NCBI GenBank assembly: GCA_965224245.1
Contig: OZ245046.1
Location: 5,344,001-5,408,000, forward strand
Length of the DNA: 64,000 nucleotides
DNA from: Candidatus Eiseniibacteriota bacterium
GTDB lineage: Bacteria; Eisenbacteria; RBG-16-71-46; CAZAMP01
Reading direction: 5' to 3'
Shown piece after piece: positions 60,566-64,000 of this stretch (positions within the stretch are counted from its first letter, which is position 1; every line of letters starts with the position of its first letter). The notes below the pieces were generated by a model that saw nothing but the letters and a program-made list of their open reading frames with translations, was not told the origin of the DNA and ran no database searches. The position numbers and the translations under genes were made by a program.

Positions 60566-61696
60566 ATGGCACCCGAGGATCCCACCCGGACCCCCGATCG
60601 GCCCGACGCCACGATCCGCGCCATCGAGCGCGATGCGTGTCCGGCGTGTGGGGCTGAGGCCACGTGGAATCCGACGAAGGTGGCGCTCGTGTGTCCCTAC
60701 TGCGGGACCGAGGCCCCGGGCGAGCGAGACCTCACGACGGGCCGGGTGCGCGAGATCGATCTGGCGTCGGCGCTTCGCGAGATCCCCGACGCGCTTCGCG
60801 GGTGGAAGGCCGAGAAGCGCGCGGTGCGCTGCCGGAGCTGCCAGGCGGTCTCGATCTTCGATCCCGAGCGCGTGGCCCAGCGCTGCGAGTTTTGCGGCTC
60901 TCCCGAGATCGTCGACTACGACGAGATCAAGTCGCCGCTCCGTCCCCAGAGCATCCTGCCGTTCACGGTCGACGAGGCGCGCGTGCGCGAGTCGATCCGG
61001 AGGTGGTACCGGAGCAAGTGGCTCGCGCCCAGCGCGCTCAAGAACCGGGCGCTCCTCGACACCGTCCGTGGCGTATACTTGCCGTACTGGACGTTCGACG
61101 CCAGCGTGCGCGCGAGCTGGGACGCGGATGCGGGCCACTACTACTACACGAACGAGACGGCTCGTGACTCCAGCGGCAAGCAGGTCGTGCGCCGGGTGCG
61201 ACACACGCGCTGGCAGCACGCGTCGGGGCGACTGGAGCATTTCTTCGACGACGAGCCGGTGCCGGCGTCGACGGGGGTGCACCCGGATCTCCTGCGCGAC
61301 ATCGAGCCGTTTCCCGGTGACGATCTCGTTCCGTACGACACGGCGTTCCTGTCGGGCTTCGTGGTGGAGCACTATCAGGTCGTCCTGATCGACGCGTACC
61401 GGCAGGCGCGCGAGTCGATGGATCGCAAGCTCGAGGCGTTCTGCGCGCGGCAGGTTCCCGGCGACACGTACCGGAATCTCCGCGTGCAGGCCGACTACGG
61501 GGGCGAGACGTTCAAGCACATGCTCGTCCCGGTGTGGCTCCTCACGTACCGGTACGGCGCGGAGACGTTCCAGGTGGTCGTGAACGGACACACCGGTGAG
61601 ATCGCCGGGGAGTACCCGCGAAGCGCGGTCAAGATCGCCGTCCTGATCCTGGCGGCGCTCGTGCTCGTGACCGTGGTGGCGCTCGTGTCGAAGTGA
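60566..61696 (+). CDS. Multi zinc-ribbon protein with C-terminal TM helix
   Basis: CPAC, CPYC, CRSC, CEFC pairs; GVYLPYWTFD; LVPVW..Y; VNGHTGEI.G.YP. Confidence 0.8.
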   Translation: MAPEDPTRTPDRPDATIRAIERDACPACGAEATWNPTKVALVCPYCGTEAPGERDLTTGRVREIDLASALREIPDALRGWKAEKRAVRCRSCQAVSIFDPERVAQRCEFCGSPEIVDYDEIKSPLRPQSILPFTVDEARVRESIRRWYRSKWLAPSALKNRALLDTVRGVYLPYWTFDASVRASWDADAGHYYYTNETARDSSGKQVVRRVRHTRWQHASGRLEHFFDDEPVPASTGVHPDLLRDIEPFPGDDLVPYDTAFLSGFVVEHYQVVLIDAYRQARESMDRKLEAFCARQVPGDTYRNLRVQADYGGETFKHMLVPVWLLTYRYGAETFQVVVNGHTGEIAGEYPRSAVKIAVLILAALVLVTVVALVSK

Positions 61697-61753
61697 CCCC
61701 GGAGCCGTCGCGCCCGTCTGGTGACCGGGGTCGAGCCGCCGACAGGAGGAGGG

Positions 61754-62485
61754 ATGCATCTCGAGCGACTCGCGCGACATGCGTACCCGATCGCCGCGCT
61801 CGTCTGGCTCACGGCCGCGGCGCACGCGGGTTCCCACGCCGCCGACGAGACCCCGCGGCTGTTGCTGCACTGGCCCACGGACGACTACGTGGGGCCGTGC
61901 ACCGAAGGCTTCGTGCCCGAGACCTGTGGCGACATGGACCCCAACACCCGGTACTCCGGACCGTTCTTCAACGGCTGGACCCTGGCCGCGCTCGATCTAC
62001 CCGAGCACCTGGCGTCGTACGAGCCACCGATCCGGGAGCTGTGGTTCGGCATCGAGTACGACGGCATCTTCTTCGACCAGGTCTGTCGCGTGGACGAGCT
62101 CGTGGGCACGGACGGAATCGAGGCACCGCCGTGGCCCGAGAGTGGAAGCGGCGTGACGCTGCGCTACGCCGCGCCCATCCTCGACGACGACGGCGACGGA
62201 CTGGTCCCGATCTGGGGCATGACGTTCCAGCCGCACTCGCAGGATCCAGCGGGCGATGCGCGACTGCGGATCGTGCCGCATCCCGTCCGGGAGACGGTCG
62301 GCTTCGTCGGCGGTGACGGGAACGAGTACCTGATCTGCGAAGACGTCCTCCCGATCCTGGATCTCCAGCTGTCCGAGACCGACCCGACCGGGAACGGTAC
62401 CAACCGATGCGAGGCGGGGTGCGCCACGCCGGTCCGATCCACGTCGTGGGCCCGGATTCGCTCGGCGTACCGGGTGCCGCAATAG
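61754..62485 (+). CDS. Exported Cys-containing hypothetical protein with short C-terminal tail; paralog of 21505-22209
   Basis: AGGAGGAGG RBS; signal peptide ending AAAHA; FGIEY..WPESGSG; ends PVRSTSWARIRSAYRVPQ. Confidence 0.8.
   Translation: MHLERLARHAYPIAALVWLTAAAHAGSHAADETPRLLLHWPTDDYVGPCTEGFVPETCGDMDPNTRYSGPFFNGWTLAALDLPEHLASYEPPIRELWFGIEYDGIFFDQVCRVDELVGTDGIEAPPWPESGSGVTLRYAAPILDDDGDGLVPIWGMTFQPHSQDPAGDARLRIVPHPVRETVGFVGGDGNEYLICEDVLPILDLQLSETDPTGNGTNRCEAGCATPVRSTSWARIRSAYRVPQ
62429..62485 (+). other. Short C-terminal motif, copy 5 (PVRSTSWARIRSAYRVPQ*)
   Basis: Shared tail motif. Confidence 0.75.
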
Positions 62486-62513
62486 GGACACGCGGGCGCC
62501 CGATCGCGCGAGG

Positions 62514-62702
62514 CTAGCCGCGGCGCTTCTTCAGGTTGGCCAGGAGCAGCGTCAAGAGCCCCAGCAGGAACTCGTCGGCGAAGGGGATGACGTCCGGCAC
62601 CAGGAGGTCGACGACGAACACCACCGCCGTCACCAGGAACAGCTGCGGGTAGCGGAGATCCCTGGCGAACCTCCCGATGATCGTGTCCACGGGTCCTCGC
62701 AT
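62514..62702 (-). CDS. Small membrane protein (DUF6116-like)
   Basis: LRYPQLF..VDLLVPD.IPFADE.LLGL.TLL; 4 nt downstream of the pyk stop. Confidence 0.7.
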   Translation of the reverse strand: MRGPVDTIIGRFARDLRYPQLFLVTAVVFVVDLLVPDVIPFADEFLLGLLTLLLANLKKRRG

Positions 62703-62706
62703 GGCA

Positions 62707-63999
62707 CTATCCGATCTTCACGAGGCGCAGGAGATTCGACGCCTCGACCTGGGGTGCGTCGCCGGCCACGATCACGATCGAGTCCCCCGACCGGACCAGG
62801 CGTGCGCGCCGGAGCTCCGACACGCCGTCGTTCATCATGCGATACGTGTCGTCGGTCACCGAGAGCGGAATGGTCCGCGTGTTCCAGCTCAGGGCCAGGC
62901 GCCGCCGGACGTGCTCGAACGGCGTGAACGCGATGATGCCCATGTCGGGGCGATGCCGCGCGATCAGGCGTACCGTTCCGCCGCGCAGCGTGAACACGAC
63001 GATCCACTTTGCGTTCGCGCGCTCGGCCAGATCGACCGCCGCATGCACGATCGCCTCCTTCGGATTGCCGTGCAGCGCATCGGCCGCCTGTGCCGGACGC
63101 GGCCGGAAGTGCCCGGTCCGCCGGATCTCGTCCTCGGTCTCCTGGGCCACGCGTGACAGGGTCCGAACGGCCTCCACCGGATACGACCCGGTCGCCGTCT
63201 CACCCGAGAGCATCACGGCGTCGGTGCCGTCGAAGATCGCGTTGGACACGTCGGAGACCTCGGCCCGCGTCGGAAACGCCGAGTGCACCATCGACTCCAG
63301 CATCTGCGTGGCCGTGATCGTGAGGCGCCCGCGCTGGCGGGCGCGCCGGAGGATCGTCTTCTGCCACAGCGGTACCTTCTCCAGCGAGAGCTCCACGCCG
63401 AGATCGCCGCGGGCCACCATCACGCCGTCGGTCGCCTCCAGGATGGCGTCGAGGTCGTCCAGCGCGCGTGGCTTCTCCAGCTTCGCGATGATCAGCGGGC
63501 GCGGCGGGACGCGTCGCTTCACGTCGGGATCGCTCGCGTGCTTCGTGGCCGGGAGTCGGCGATCGACCACACGCCGGAGCCGAGCGATGTCGCCCGCGGT
63601 CTGGACGAACGACAGCGCGATGAAGTCGGCGCCCTGCTCGAGCGCGAAGGACGCGTCGCGCCGGTCCTTTCGCGTGGGGATCTCGACCGACAGCACGCGC
63701 CCCGGAACGTTCACGCCGGCCCGGGGCTTGAGTGGACCGCCGCGCTCGATCTTCACGTCGACGCCGTCGTCGTCGACCGCATGTACGTGCGCGGTGATCT
63801 TGCCGTCGTCGAAGAGCACGTCGTCGCCGACCTCGAGGTCGCGTCCCAGCGTCGGAAAGTCCACGACCACGCGATCGGATGTGGACTGACCGCTCCCGAA
63901 CGCCAGGCGGACGATCGAGCCCCGCCGGAGCACCGGGTGCTCGTCCGACGCGTTGGCGCGCGTCCGGATCTTGGGACCTTGAAGATCGATCAGGATGCC
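62707..63999 (-). CDS. pyk: Pyruvate kinase (5' end outside the window)
   Basis: DLQGPKIR, IIAKLEK, MVARGDLGVE, TATQMLESM, DAVMLSGETA.G.YP. Confidence 0.95.
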   Translation of the reverse strand, partial: GILIDLQGPKIRTRANASDEHPVLRRGSIVRLAFGSGQSTSDRVVVDFPTLGRDLEVGDDVLFDDGKITAHVHAVDDDGVDVKIERGGPLKPRAGVNVPGRVLSVEIPTRKDRRDASFALEQGADFIALSFVQTAGDIARLRRVVDRRLPATKHASDPDVKRRVPPRPLIIAKLEKPRALDDLDAILEATDGVMVARGDLGVELSLEKVPLWQKTILRRARQRGRLTITATQMLESMVHSAFPTRAEVSDVSNAIFDGTDAVMLSGETATGSYPVEAVRTLSRVAQETEDEIRRTGHFRPRPAQAADALHGNPKEAIVHAAVDLAERANAKWIVVFTLRGGTVRLIARHRPDMGIIAFTPFEHVRRRLALSWNTRTIPLSVTDDTYRMMNDGVSELRRARLVRSGDSIVIVAGDAPQVEASNLLRLVKIG

Positions 64000-64000
64000 G

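Overview
High-GC bacterial chromosomal window with about 57 credible CDSs. I found no rRNA, tRNA, CRISPR array, transposase or integrase. Recognisable blocks: a complete type IVa pilus-like operon on the minus strand (pilB-pilC-pilA-three minor pilins-pilMNO-PilP-like-secretin-pilT-like, then a membrane protein and a PGRP-type amidase, 24161-36557); clpS-clpA; ferritin plus a MalK-type ATPase; a 2-oxoacid (probably pyruvate) dehydrogenase E1a/E1b/E2/E3 cluster with a lipoate ligase; pheA, asnB and pyk (partial); two MFS transporters; GH13 and GH57 enzymes. The most striking feature is the many predicted exported proteins with one of two C-terminal tails. Four end in an ~90-aa FlgD-Ig/T9SS-CTD-like domain. 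Five end in a short motif, P-[VTL]-x3-4-[ST]-W-x-[RS]-[ILV]-[KR]-x2-Y. Two related beta-helix proteins carry the alternative tails at the same position, which suggests the short tail is a protein sorting signal. Other observations: a Tyr-rich leader peptide/attenuator before pheA, a PilT-like ATPase lacking both His-box histidines, two ~140-bp REP/MITE-like hairpin elements in inverted orientation around a probably frameshifted gene, a truncated paralog ending at a tandem duplication, and a degenerate orphan hydrogenase-maturation protease. The tail repertoire suggests an FCB-related candidate phylum (Eisenbacteria/Krumholzibacteria/Latescibacteria-like); this is inference only. All family calls come from motif recognition by eye, with no database searches.
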